DNA of 64,000 nucleotides from positions 4,898,001-4,962,000 of the forward strand of contig CM035360.1 of assembly GCA_020137815.1 (NCBI GenBank), given 5' to 3'. A program made the translations under genes and the position numbers. The notes under the pieces are model-generated. The model was not told the origin of the DNA and made no database searches. It saw nothing but the letters and a program-made list of their open reading frames with translations. Numbering within the stretch: position 1 is the stretch's first letter; the number at the start of each line of letters is the position of its first letter. Shown here one piece after another: positions 47,015-60,718 of this stretch. This stretch comes from Hormiphora californensis (lineage: Eukaryota > Animalia > Ctenophora).

Positions 47015-47084
<70 letters not shown>

Positions 47085-47351
47085 AAATTAAGTTGAAAGT
47101 AACTGTTCCGAGAAACTTCTCTCTTCGTAATTTATTCACTCCTTCTTTCTCAACGTCTGTCCGATTTGCGTGTGCCGCACATCTGGAACCTCTCACTCTC
47201 ACTAAATCACCGGAACGCGCGGTGGTTACTATCACAAATTGTCAGCATTTCGCTCACGCGCGTTCTCTGACTCTCATCTCTTGAATTGTCCCTAAAATGA
47301 CCTCATCCTGTCAAACTTCCACTCCTCAAATAGCAATTGTCTTCTAGCACC

Positions 47352-48283
47352 ATGGGTACTCCTGAGCAGAGAGGATATAGCAGCATGAGTGTTCCTGATA
47401 GACTGAGTGTTGACCCTGACGATAGAAGGGGAAGGAAGAACTCAGAACTTAGCAATGCTAGCGAGAATGTAAGTGTTGGGGCAGGGTGGTAGTTTGTTTT
47501 GTCGTATTTGTGTGTACACAACATTTCTAAACTTAGTGATTTTCTTAAACTGTTGTCTGCCAAATATGGATGTGAGTATGTAGCCCTTCTGTCAATTTGT
47601 TCTTTTCGGTACATTCGGTTCGAGATGTACTTCCTCTTCTTTCTCAGTTTTTTTCTATTTCCTTTACTCATTCTCACTACACTGGGAATTCCAGTTTTCT
47701 CTACCCCTCTTCTCCCTTGCTAACCCCTGCTCAGCCCGTAATCTTCCAGATGACAGTGCCAGATAAGTTGTTAGTGAGTGATCTATCCCGCTCTGGCCCA
47801 TTTCACCATCCCCCACACTTGGAGACGCCTCCCAAAGTTCTCACTTTAAATCATGTACGGAGAGGAGATGGAACTACCTCAGCGTGAGTTGGATTGAGTT
47901 GAACTTTAATTTGAAGAGCATATGTAGCTGACCTTATTGTGTAAACAAAACTAGACCACTCAGTTTATCAAATGATTGATAGAAACTGGTTTAATAATAA
48001 CTAACCCCCCATTCTTTCTCTCTCTAGGCCCGCTGGAAGTTCTATCCCTACCTCAGCAGCACCAGCGCCAGTTTCAACCACCCTCAACTTTGATCAAGAT
48101 GATGACATTATAACCCTTGCAAATCGCATCCTGACTCTGCATCAGAAAGTGCTAACACTTGAGGCGAAACTAGAGAAGCAAACAGGGGGAAGCCCGGGTA
48201 GTCAAATTCTCGAACTGGTAAAAATTATTGGGATTAGTTTTGGGACGGCCTTCTTAGTGAATTTGTTACTTGGGAGACGGTGA
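47352..48283 (+). CDS. MFF: Mitochondrial fission factor-like tail-anchored protein (3 exons)
   Basis: Exons ~47352-47468, 47735-47883, 48028-48283: MSVPDRLSV and MTVPDKLLV repeats, LETPPKVLTL, coiled coil LANRILTLHQKVLTLE, C-terminal TM ending GRR*. Confidence 0.8.
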
Positions 48284-48896
48284 GGAGAGAAATATTTGCG
48301 TTATTGAGTTAAACCACTTGTTTTGAGTGTGATTTTGATCTTCTAAACATTTCGAGTTGCCCTCTGTTTTTCTGAGTATGTGAGTGTCTGTCTTATATTT
48401 AACCTTGTTTATTTGAGTGTAAAGGACGTTCAAGAATCTCTGTGGTATATTACAAGGTCCTGTCTGGCGGTGCTGATCCGAATTCCGAACGTACTTGCGC
48501 TGTCGAGATTCAAAATGGCAGACAGCCAGACAGTCTAGATCCGAGTCTGCTAAAATTAACTAACCGATAACTAACCAAGAGAGATTGTGATAAACTGATA
48601 GAATGAATATGTCAATAGTATTGGGAACCAACTACGTTAGATAATTATTTTGGTGTCGTCTCAATAGTATTGGCTCAACACCACTGTACTGAGTCAAATT
48701 TCAATTCTATCAGAACTTTTTGAGTAACAAATCTGAACCGTATAATACAGTTTCCCTGAAACATAGTGGGATGAGGAAGTAATTTTGATATCTCCTTCTG
48801 GTGCTGATACACACTCACACGCCCTCCGTACAACGGTTATATAGGGGAAACTCACACACACACGGGCAGATCTCGGTCAAGGAGAGATTAATTGAT

Positions 48897-49028
48897 TATT
48901 CAGAATAAAGAGATCTGAGCAAGAATTAAATAGGGAAGAAAATCGAAAAATCGAAAAATCGAAAAATCGAAAAATTTTTCGATTTTCTTCCCTATTTAAT
49001 TCTTGCTCAGATCTCTTTATTCTGAATA
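48897..49028. mobile_element. Palindromic MITE-like element with (tcgaaaaa)n centre
   Basis: tattcagaataaagagatctgagcaagaattaaatagggaagaaaatcgaaaaa and its exact reverse complement. Confidence 0.75.
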
Positions 49029-51348
49029 GTGGGATGATGTTAGCTGATTATGTTCTAAACCCGGGCACAGGGAGAGAGCTAGAGGGTCGAGCAAGTCGAT
49101 TATTAGCTATCACTATGTTCTATTTCTATCGCGATAGATATATCAAGTAGTTCTGAATATATCCGTATCTTTTGTATGTCCTACATTAAACATATCTTGA
49201 ATATTTATCGAAATCGGTAAAGTAACTCCCCTGCACGTGTACAATACAGGCTCTAATACGACCGTCTACAACGTAGCACTGTGAACTAAATTACCAAGGC
49301 CCTAACTTTGACAAATAGCCCTGTGCAATGCCCAAGCAGATGTCTAGCATTAATTTGATACGGTGTGTCAGGTGCCTGCACGTGCAAACCTAGGTATCGC
49401 GTCCAGCTGTTTCTTAATGTCACTTTGGGAGAGAAATGTGATTTGTAACGAGAGTTAGAGAGAGAAGTTGTCCACTTTTGTCTGAGTTTGAACGTTTTTT
49501 TCGGCGAAGCCAATTGACACTCAATTCTATATTTTGTCACCATTTTTATACTATTGTGTTAAAAACCCCGCAAATTCTGACTTATCAAGACAATCGTATG
49601 GGGGAAATATGGGTTTCAGGAAAATGTAGGACATGTGAAACATGTTCCCACCAGATCGGTTCCGATGCAATTTGATCGAACGACAGTTCTCTTAAATTTA
49701 AAGATATAGCCCCCCAAACTTGTTCAGTAACAACGCCAAACAGGTTCTTCAAAACCGGAGAAGAACTTTTACAACTTTTGACCATCTTTACTTCTGTTTC
49801 TTCTAATTACCTACCCGAGCCAGGATCCCAATGCAGTGAACTTTGTTCTCCTGCTCTCCGAACTCTATTTGGTAGACGAACGATCACGAAAAGTAATCAG
49901 ACTCCCCACCCATTTAGTAAGGAGGACTCATTCACTTGTGTTGCTTCTGGCTAAAATAATCCACGGTGAATGAAGCTTCATGAAGTGGAGAGAGAAAATA
50001 AGAATAAAGAAGGGGCGAGGGAGTGATGAAAAGTGGGCGGCCGGTTGAGTCAATTATTCCCTGCCTGGAGAATCTTATTAAATTAACTGACCCGATTTTT
50101 AAATGGTTTTAAAACACAAACACGTCCTATAGGGACACGCGTCAGCATCTATTAAATCGGGATTAAATCTCACTATTTTGCTCTTTCTATCTATCTACCT
50201 ATCTCTCCCTCTCTCATACTCTACCTCTCTTTCCCAAGCCCTTCAAATTTGATCAGTAAGGTGGTCTATAGATTAATTAAACTCGACCCAGGCGTTCAAT
50301 TTTCAAACCAGCCCTCTCTCGTGAGAAATCAGTGAAAATAGAGGCAGTGGTCAATATATTCATTATTTCCCATCCTCTGAACTTTCTCTGAGCCGAATGT
50401 CGTAATGGCAGCAAAACCACGGACTAGGAGAGTTGATTGGCTAATACAATAGCTATGGGAGCTGTGATTCTATAAATATAGAGCCCCCCCCCCCCTAATA
50501 TGACGTCATGTATGAATATATGTGATCTCATTACTTCATACTTGAAGTATGACATCACACACGGTGATTTAATCCACATGTAAAACACAATGGCTATCAC
50601 ACGACATATACCTGATCACCACTCTAAGCTGAGTTTTGAGTAGGGCTGTCAGAGCATTAGCCTGACATGAGTGGGGCCTTGTATAGCAAGGGCGATACCC
50701 GGAATAATCTATAAATAATAATACCACGGTTATTCAGATAGGCTAGTCAGATAAGAGCTCATTGAGAGAGAGAATCATAAAGGTGTTAATTATCGTGGCA
50801 GTCCACCCTCTAACTGGCTAATGAATTGCTCCCTCTCAAATTTTAGAGTCTGGATCTCACATTGTCGTCCCTCCGGGCTCCCTATCTCTCTCTCTCTCTC
50901 TCTGATTCACTACTCCTCATCAGTACCGCGTGCTTTCCTCCCTGGCTGGAAATGTTGGGCTTCTTTGTCACGTCTCTTCTGAGTGGTGTGAACTGTTTTC
51001 AGTCGACGATAGGGAGAGAGAAGGGAGAGATAGAGAGGGAGATAGAGGGAAATTTTGTGGAAGTTGTTGTGGTGTGTCTGATCTAATCCATCACCTGTCG
51101 CGACCACAAGAACGCCCCTCAGCTGAGCAGTATTATCACCCCAACCCCCCCCCCCCCCCCCAATCTCCCCGAGTAGGGCCCTGATTCTCTGCGGGGCCTA
51201 CAGCTACTACTTGAAATATTTCTCTTCTTCTCTTTAAGCTGTCAATGTCATTCCGTCACTGACCTGCCCACAAGTATCTAAAACTCCGATTATCTCCCTT
51301 CCGTACAACTCCGAGACCTAACGACTCGCCTCTTGACAACTCACTTTA

Positions 51349-51439
<91 letters not shown>

Positions 51440-54043
51440 TCTTTTCATCTCTCTCTCTCCTCGCTCTCTCCCATCTCGTTTCATCTCTCTCTCTCTCCTC
51501 GCTCCGGGCGAATGCCTGGACTTCCTGGGGATCTTAGGGTGCCTTATAGTATTCTCTAACTCTTGACGGATTGCCCTAGAACTCTCCCCTATTGAGTGGG
51601 GAGTGATTAACATGACTAATTGCAGAGGGAGATGGAGACAGTTTGGAGAGAGAAAATGCTACTAAAAATTGGAAATATTGGAGGTCCCGTGTCAGTCTCC
51701 ATCCAATTATTTTTCAACTAATTGGGAAAAATTAGAAAGGGAATGTGTGTAAAGCGAAATTTTAGGGACCCTCTTAATGAGGATTCACTCTTGGCAATTT
51801 GAAATTGAGAGCCAAAGAGGCTGCTTCTAGTTCTAAAGCAAGAGCTAAACATTTCTGTTACTGATTACTGAATGGGGTTCTCTCAATTCGTCTCGTTTCT
51901 CAGGGACGTGCTTACTCAACAAGGACGTGCTGTTGCATGGTAGGAGGTCTACCAAGTCCCTCCCAAGTAGGGGGGGTCTCCAAGAGCATGAATTCCCACG
52001 CTTCTCCACTGCTTGAAAAGAAGGCTAGATGTTGAACACAGCGTTCCTCGCAACATTGCACTCTCACGAATTGTTGAGTACAACTCTCACGGTGACATGG
52101 TTATATGTTTTTCTCTCACGTAAAGAATAAATTCCCACCACCTCCTGCTGCAGGGCCACCAACAACACCATACTGTCCAAACTAGCTAGAAACCGTTCAA
52201 AGGCCGGCCTTAGCTTCGACAAAGAGAGTCGACCTAAATCGATGGGAATTGGTTTGGTTTGGTGAGAAGTAGGATGGGCTCGGTTCTGTCAGAGCATTGG
52301 CATTTTGCCTGACAGACTTTGTTGAGTAAGACAGACTCGGTTGGATTTCAAGACCATTTCGCTCACGCCCCTCTGTTTTGCGGAGCATTCTAACTTCTTT
52401 CTATCCCTCTCTCTCTCTCTTCTCTCTAAAATATGTACTGTCAACTGACGTAGGAGGGGTGGAGTGAGAAGAATCGTTGTGAGAGAGTGGAGAGGGGAGA
52501 AGAGCGGAGAGGAGAGATAGCGGAGAGAGAGAGAGAGAGAGAGAGGAGTTTGAGGGCAAGAAAGATAGAAGATATATTGTCATCTCATTCTCATGAAGGC
52601 TGAAAGTTTAGAACGTTGCAGGTTCAGTAGATTTACCACCACCCCGTAACGAGCTACTGCACAGCATGACATGCCCTCCTACAAGTATTCAACCACCCAG
52701 ATTTGATCCCAATATGATCCCATATTAGTTTACTGGGAGTGGGAGTGAGACTGCAGTCCACACTAGTTACTCAACAAATACACACATGATCCCCTAGACA
52801 GCTGATATGAGGTGATCCCCGGGATCACTGTGGCTAAATTTCCCCAATTCCACTCTCTATATCCACTGACTCTGCTCTCTCTCTCTCTCTCTCTATTCCA
52901 ATCTCTCTATTTCATTCTATCCCTTCTAATATGAAACAGAATGTATAGCTGGTTGAAGTTTCGTTTCAATAAAATTTACGAAATTGAATTTTGGTGAGAA
53001 GGGAGGATATTTCAGAAACGCGTGGCCGGGGCCCTAATTTGTAGGATATCTCGGGAGAGAAAGGCACGAAACCATGACGGGACAGACACACCCAGCTACG
53101 TGCCCCCTCCTTCTAGCCATCCCTTTCTTGTCCCATCTTCCCCCGTCTCTACTGAATGGTCTGCATTCCAAACCCCCCCCCCCCCCCCCGCCAGACTGTT
53201 CTCGTCTTGTCCCCTTGGCGCGACAAGTGTCGATACAGACACGCAATTCCCTGAAGTGAGAAGCCAAGTTAGGGAGTCTTGGATAATCTGGGGGCCACTT
53301 CGACAGGGCCTCACTGGACGAATCTGTGACAAGGCATAATTCAAATTGCTCTCTCCCTCCCCAGCTCCCTAGCCATGGTAACTGGTGAAGGTTGTTGAGT
53401 AAGCGGGAAGGGTCTCACACTCTTCCCCCTTACTCAACAAGGTGGAGGAGTTTTGATCAAATATTGGTATTGATTTTTAAGAGCGTGGGCGGGCGTGGCC
53501 TCAGACGAACCGTTTAAATCGGAGAGTGTATTAATTTAACACACGCCCTGCTAAACTCTGTCAGGGCTGCTTGCAAAAACCTTGTACCACGGTCCACGGG
53601 GTAACTCAATAGAGAAGGGACTAAACTTCGAGTAGAGGCGATATATTCTGTGCTTGAAGTAGAAGTTGAGTCCCTAAAACCGAATCTCGTCTCACAAAAA
53701 CTTTCTATGTGTATGGCCCTTGTTTATCAATCTCACTAAATCTCCATTTTGAAATTGAATGGAAACTTCTGTGAAAAAGCTATTTACTTTTTGGAGACAC
53801 GCACCGAAAAGTGACATAGGTCTCCTAAAAATAACAATGGTTCGCTAATTGCGTCCTATCTCAATATACAATCCTATGGGCTCTAAAAATCAACAAAAAC
53901 CCTCTCCGACATTCTCTCTCTTCCTCTCTCTATTACCATCTATCTCTCTTTTTCACTGTACCATAAAATGGCCAGATGTCTGTTTACTCTGGAAATGGGC
54001 TTTGAGCCCGACAAAGGTAAAAGGGTTCTACCAATCTACATGT

Positions 54044-54133
<90 letters not shown>

Positions 54134-54680
54134 TTCACCTAGTTGAGAGTGATATGACATTTACATACCCAATCCCGGGCCACTCTTTGAGTGTGTTATG
54201 AGCTACAAAATGAGGTAGCCCAAGATAGAATTGGTTAGGTGATGAGGACAATTAAAAAAGATCAAAGGCTCTCTTCTCTCTTTAGCTCTTCACCAATTGA
54301 CTTTGATTGACTTAGATTGGGGCATGGAGAGGTCCACCAATGTAGCATCTCAAGAAACCACCACATCCTTGGGCGATTCTAATTTCATTGGACCCCGTAA
54401 ATTGAAGGGAACACCTAGCTACTTCTAGTTCTAGGCACTTGTCCAAAAGTTCGAACCTCTTGAATTTAAAATTGAGTTTTCTCTCCGGAATGCCGCAACC
54501 CAATTTCATGATTTGAACTTGGGCAGATCATGACCCAGATCCAAGCCCTAATAAAATTCCCGCACCTAAACTTGTGCTAGGGCGTGTGAGATGGGAGATC
54601 CTCTCTTCACAGATAGATCAGAGTTCGCACAAAATTTCCCAGCCCCCTGGGCATGCAGCACGACATTCCAATCACATTCA

Positions 54681-54771
<91 letters not shown>

Positions 54772-55048
54772 ACTCCGTTTTCCTCGTCAGTGTCAGTTTT
54801 CCCAGCAAAATTCATCAAGCTAGCTTGTTTGACGTTCGATCAGCTTGGATGGCCTTCACGATGTGAGAGAACGATAAAAGAGAGATAGTGAGGGAGAGGG
54901 AAATATTTTCCCACGATGGCTCAATTTGTTACGGTCTGAAAAAACGGCCTCTCTCTCCTCCTACTCACTCTCTCTACTTAGAGTTTAGACTGAAGTAGAT
55001 GCTCTGATTATGTCACGTGACCAAACAAGCTTTAGCTTCTTTTTTTTC

Positions 55049-55109
<61 letters not shown>

Positions 55110-55288
55110 GATCTCGCTCTCTCTCTCTCTCTCTCTCTTCTCTCTCGCAGTGCACTCAAGATCAACAAGGTGTCTGCGGTTTTGTTTCAAAACAAAGTAC
55201 GCTTGTTCTTTCCGTATCACCTGAGCTGCACCCCTCCCTCTTCCCCTCTCTCTTTCTCTCACTCGATACTTTTTCGCGTGGGTGCTTG

Positions 55289-55335
55289 GCCGTTAGTGTG
55301 GTCGGTGGACATTGTCCACCGACCACACTAACGGC
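55289..55335. repeat. Perfect 23-bp-arm hairpin downstream of HES
   Basis: gccgttagtgtggtcggtggaca-t-tgtccaccgaccacactaacggc. Confidence 0.9.
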
Positions 55336-55999
55336 AGCCCACCCCCAATCGTCACTGAAAAGGGCAGGCTGATGTTACCTCAGCCCGTGCGGTACCTTGT
55401 GGCCTAGCTTGCGTCAGACTCGTTCTGAAAGAAAGGGCCGATACTCGAGGTGTACGCCAGACAGCTTGTGGCGACGCCGACCCCGCTTAGATCACGACAG
55501 TGCGCTCTGATCAGGTTGGCACCGCCAGACCACGATATAGCCTTGACGCCCCCATCTCTCCACCACCTTCCGTCCCGTAACGAAGAACAAAATGTCGGAT
55601 ATAACGGGTGTTTGTAAAACTAAATTCTTGAAAACACAATCAACACATTAAACAGAGAGGGGGGGGGGCACATGTTGGTACTCAACAAGGCACATGTGTA
55701 AAACCACACGACTTCAGAATCAGGAATCCCTCTCTCTCTTGTTCATATTTCTCTCTATTCTTCTATCGTTCTAACATCTCTGACCCTGACTTCTTTTACT
55801 ATACAGTTGGTAGATAGTTCAAGTCAGTTCTTTCTTCAGTTTGTTACATCATTGAACCCATATATTCATTCAGATGTGCTCTCTCTCAGTCCAACATCAT
55901 TTCAACATCTCTGAATCATCACACGTAACAAAATTAACACAATCTCTGTAGCACAAAATCTAGATTTCAGTCCTTTGATATTTGTGTCTCTCACTGTCT

Positions 56000-56990
56000 T
56001 CACCAGGGCCTCCACAGAGTGTTAGTTGGTACTGGCTTGATCAGCTGAGGTCTCCTCGCCACGCTAGGTAAGGATGACATCTTGAGAAAATGAGACTTGT
56101 CGGATAGTTGGGGAGGACAGGGCAGCATTGCCTTGCAGTCCACAGGAGATGAGGGAGGAGAGGGGAGAGGATTCTGAGGGATCATCATTGGGAGGAGCTT
56201 GCTGGTTGGGACTGGCGAACTGAGGAGGGAGGGGTGGGTTAGATACTGATAGCTGCAATTATACATTCCAGAAGAAGTGTTACATTATCTAATTGGTTAT
56301 CTAATTATCTAATTAGACCTAATTAATTAAACTAATTATCAATACTTACAAGGAAGACGTAATTCGCTCCGGTGTTCTCATGCTCGCAGGAACAGGTGAT
56401 GTTGTGGTACTGGGGGTGGCAGAACAGGTAGTCTTCTTAGCAAGATGTTCCACCAACTTCTGGGTAACAGATTCATCAACAGGAGAAGCAAGGAGGATCT
56501 TGGCAACTTCGTTCATACACTGTTGGTAGCCTTGTTTGAATTGTTTGCTGGGATCCACATAGGGGGTCACTGAGGGAGAGGGCTGGTTAGTTAACTGTAG
56601 AGAGAGTGGTCGTAATTCAAATTGGGAGAGGTTTGGGTTGGAGATTTGGAATGTGAAGGGTTTGGGTTGTAGTGATAGAAATGGTGAGGTATAGTGCTGA
56701 GTGGGGGTCCAGTTAGTGTGCACAGTATCTACTGGGTGTGCCACGTGAAAGAGGAGAGGAGGTGGTGAGAGTCAGTACAGAGCAGAGCGGCGTCAAAACC
56801 ACTCCCAAAATCGACCACTAATTGACTCTCTCTCTACACAAACTACCTGGGTTTACACGCCGCTCTCTCTTTCTATCTTCTTTCTCCCTCCTCTATCTCT
56901 CTTTCTCTCTCGCCCTCTCACTTCAATCCATCATCACCACCACAAAAAGATAGGGATAGAATAGAGCCACCAAAGTTTGATTGAAGACGA

Positions 56991-57052
<62 letters not shown>

Positions 57053-58457
57053 CCTACTAAGCTGAGAGCTATCTTTAAACTGTTCCCAGGGTGTCCCTTC
57101 TAGCCACGCGACCTAGCGACATGCAACAGGAGCTGTAGTGGTCATCACAACCGTGGGAAAGAGATCTCTCTACCCGGCTCCCGCGTTTTAGGGTCCCACC
57201 CTCCCTCCTCCCCCCTCTAAAGATAGCTCTACCAGGAGAGGCTGGTGGTTGAATAGTCGGAGAATATGTGATAGACTTGTGTTAGACCCCGGAAAACTAG
57301 GCAAGTGATATATGTTTAACATTCGTGCCCTCTATTGCACGATAAGCACCCCGTTTCGCTTCTCCCCCTCTTTCTCTATCTCCCTCTTTCTCTCGCCACA
57401 TGACTCCAAGCAAGGCCTGGTCATGAAATTCACATGTGTTATCTAGGGTGCAAGATGTTAAAACTGCAATCTTAAGTACTGTGAGAAGTGCAGCATGTCT
57501 AGACTTGGGTGAAACTCGTGGGAGATGGGTCTATCATGTCTATCTGTCAACCAGTACTGCAGAATGGGAGTTGAGATACCAGTAAATGAGAGCAATGAAT
57601 ATGTCTGTGAAACTGGGAGAGAAATCGAGGAAATAGGGGGGGGGGGAGTAGCAACATCGCTGTTAACTTACCATGTGGAGAAAGGCTGGAAGTAAGGTTC
57701 CTTCGCTTGGTCTTCATCCTAGTCAAATGCTCAACAGTCATCTCTAGCACATCAGCCTTATCAACACGGGCACCACTACCAGTCAGATCGGGTACAAGCA
57801 CTTTCAGTTCCTCCAGACATCGGTTAATCCGGGCTCGTCGGCGTTTCTCCATGACAGGCTTGGGGACTTTTCCAGCCTGGGGAGGGAAGGAAGGGTTAGA
57901 GAATTGCAATCATTGAGCTAGTTGAACAATATATAGTTCATGGGCCCTAAGGACGATCCATTCCAACTTTTCCCAGCCCCCTGTGCTCCTATGCCGTGGG
58001 AATGACTCTAGAATTAGCTGCCGTGGCATGTTTTGATGATACTAACGGCCCCTGAGGGAGGCCCGCTCTTGCTGCTGCACCCTGGGTTGAACTATTCCCA
58101 CGGTCCTCCTCACCGTACAGGAGCGGTCATTGGCCAATCACAGATGAGCAGGAGGGTTCACTATCCAATCAGAGGGCAGCTAGGGGGTCACGTGATCTTG
58201 TATTGAGAGTAGCGAGCTCTGTGGATAATGCAATTCCCTTCTCCTTCTCACCCCTCTATCTCTCACTCTATCTCTCCTCTATCTATCTCCCTCTCTCTCA
58301 CCCCAAAATGTTGTTAGGGCACGGCGGCACGAAGTGAAGCTTAAACCGGGAGGGGGCCCAGCCGTGGGAAAAGCTAATAGTACTCTCCTCTTCTAACGGA
58401 GTGAGCCCTATCAGGCTGTAATCGATACTTTGGGAAACTTTTAGGAGAGGAGAGAGA

Positions 58458-58526
<69 letters not shown>

Positions 58527-58846
58527 TGAGAGAGAGGAGGGAATCGCATCCAAAATTAGAACAAGCCAAATGACACGCGACGTGTCCTGAGAAAGACCCG
58601 CCCCTTATCTTTCTCCCCATAAATGATTTCTAAACATAGACCGCCTTAAACTAATTTAGAAACTGCCAAAAAAGTGATCTAAATATAAAAAAGATAGCTC
58701 TACATCTAATTGTATTCTAAAAAAGATAGAGTTCTTACCCTGGATGGTTGTTGGAGAGCGTGGAAACCAGGTAGAAGGGGGGTCGTGGGTTCCTGCTTGG
58801 GCTCGAACAATGGATGGTCAGGAATAAAGGGGGCGTAGTTTGCCAT
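56000..58846 (-). CDS. HES: HES/hairy-family bHLH-Orange repressor (4 exons)
   Basis: Exons 58846-58739, 57876-57672, ~56730-56350, 56252-56000: KPVMEKRRRARINRCLEELK..VDKADVLEMTVEHL (bHLH), FKQGYQQCMNEV..KLVEHL (Orange), terminal WRPW*. Confidence 0.95.
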
Positions 58847-59700
58847 AATAGAGTTGAAGTTGTTTGCTAAAAAGATAGAAACTTGGGTTAGTTGGGGTAT
58901 CATTTGAAATGCAATGGGGACTAAAATAGGGAGAAATGAGAAGAACTGTAAAAAAGATAGTAAGAGAGAGAGATAGAGAGGGAATGAGGGTGAGGGAGAT
59001 AGAGAGGGAGCGAGAGGGTGCTGAACAAAATGAAAGGGTAGCAAGCATTGATAGCGTGAGAAAAGATGATAGGGCGCATCCATCTCTATCTCTCTTCATG
59101 ACTCTCCAAGGCATCTAATTCTATCTATCTATCTTCAAGAGTAATAACTCGTGACACAAACAGAGGGATAGAACAACTCGTGACACAAAGAGGAGGATGG
59201 GTGCGAGGAAATGAGCTGAGGGGACCACGCGATGCACAAATCGGATGAAATTCCGGGCATGCCAGGGGCAAGTTAGAACTAAGATAAAGAGTTAGAACTA
59301 TCCAGACCTACTGCAACACACAAGTTTGGGTGGATTGGAATGAGATCTCTTAGTAATAATGGAAAGAATTTCACTATTAACTATTCAACTGCTATCAAGG
59401 GGAGGGGACCAGTGAATAGCATTCCAACAACTGTGTTATCAGCCAATACAAGATAGTTGCAACAATATTAAATATTCAATGCAAGAGACGGAAAGGTCGA
59501 GGAGGGCAGTGGCTACTGCATTAAAAGATAAACTGTTAAAACAATTGCATTTCTCACGACACACGCTAACACAAGATAGAAAAACAAGAGGGGGGCTTGT
59601 GACGGCTGCGAGTGGTCTGCGTTATTGAGAGTGAGAGAGTGCGCTAATATATACTCTCACACATGGCGCGTGACAGACCTCCTCAAGTCACGTGTTCTCG
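57100..59700. promoter_or_regulatory. Cluster of CSL/Su(H) sites (YGTGRGAA) and CACGCG/CACGTG boxes in HES introns and upstream
   Basis: CSL matches at 57152, 57480, 57995, 58095(rc), 58363, 59055, 59551(rc); CACGCG ~57105, 58575, 59226, 59667(rc); TCACGTG ~58188, 59688. Confidence 0.6.
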
Positions 59701-60179
59701 GTAAGGCCCGTCGGGTCCAATCAGAGGGAGGGGATTGGGAACGCTTCAAGCTTGGGAACCCAATTAGAGAAGGGTGGATAATTAGTGATTGATTGGGCTA
59801 GGGTACTTAGTAAGGAAAGGGGGTTTAGAATGCCCTGAGAAAATTGAGGCACCCAATCAGGGTTTGAAATGGAGAGAGAATGGAAAAAAGATAGAGAGAG
59901 AGGGAGATGATGGGATAAAGAGAGGGTATTGTCATTGACATGATGGGATTCTGTGGTGAAATGGTAGAAAGTGACAGATTCTATCGAGATGAGTAGAGAA
60001 CGAGAATTCCATTTTGACTCAGTAATAGAGGTGACGAAAAAAGATAGAAATTGGGAGACTGTGCACTCAGAGCGGGCTAAGTGAAAAATCAGAGGGGGCA
60101 AATTAGCGGTGCCATGTCAAATGGGTGTCAAAGAGAATTAAAGAGCTACTGAGGTAAATTACCAATAATCAACCGCCCC

Positions 60180-60190
60180 AGAAAGAGGAA

Positions 60191-60238
<48 letters not shown>

Positions 60239-60673
60239 AAGAGGGAGAGAGAAAAGAAAAGGGGAGGGGAGAGAGAAAGAAAAGAAAAGAGAGAGAAAAA
60301 AAAAAGGAGAGAGAGAAAAGGGGAGAGAAGGAGAGAGAAGAGAACCAAGAGCCCCGGGATACGTAAAATGGTGGGAGGAGGAAAAGGAAAGGGGGCCCCC
60401 TTAATTGGGTTTAAGACTTTGGGCCCGAAACAGTTGAAACCAAATAGGGAGGTGGCCCGCTTCCCCTTTAAAATCTCTCTCTCTACTCATTTCCCCCTCT
60501 CTCCGTCCCTCCCTCATCTTTCTCCTCCCTTCTCCCCTCCCTCATTTTAAAACCAAATTTCCCAAAAACCATATCAGTTATATCCCTCAATCACGACCAG
60601 GAATCGACATCACGTGACTCGTGCTACCCAATCAGAACCGTGAACCAAACACGAGACATTTAATGACGGCGTA

Positions 60674-60718
<45 letters not shown>

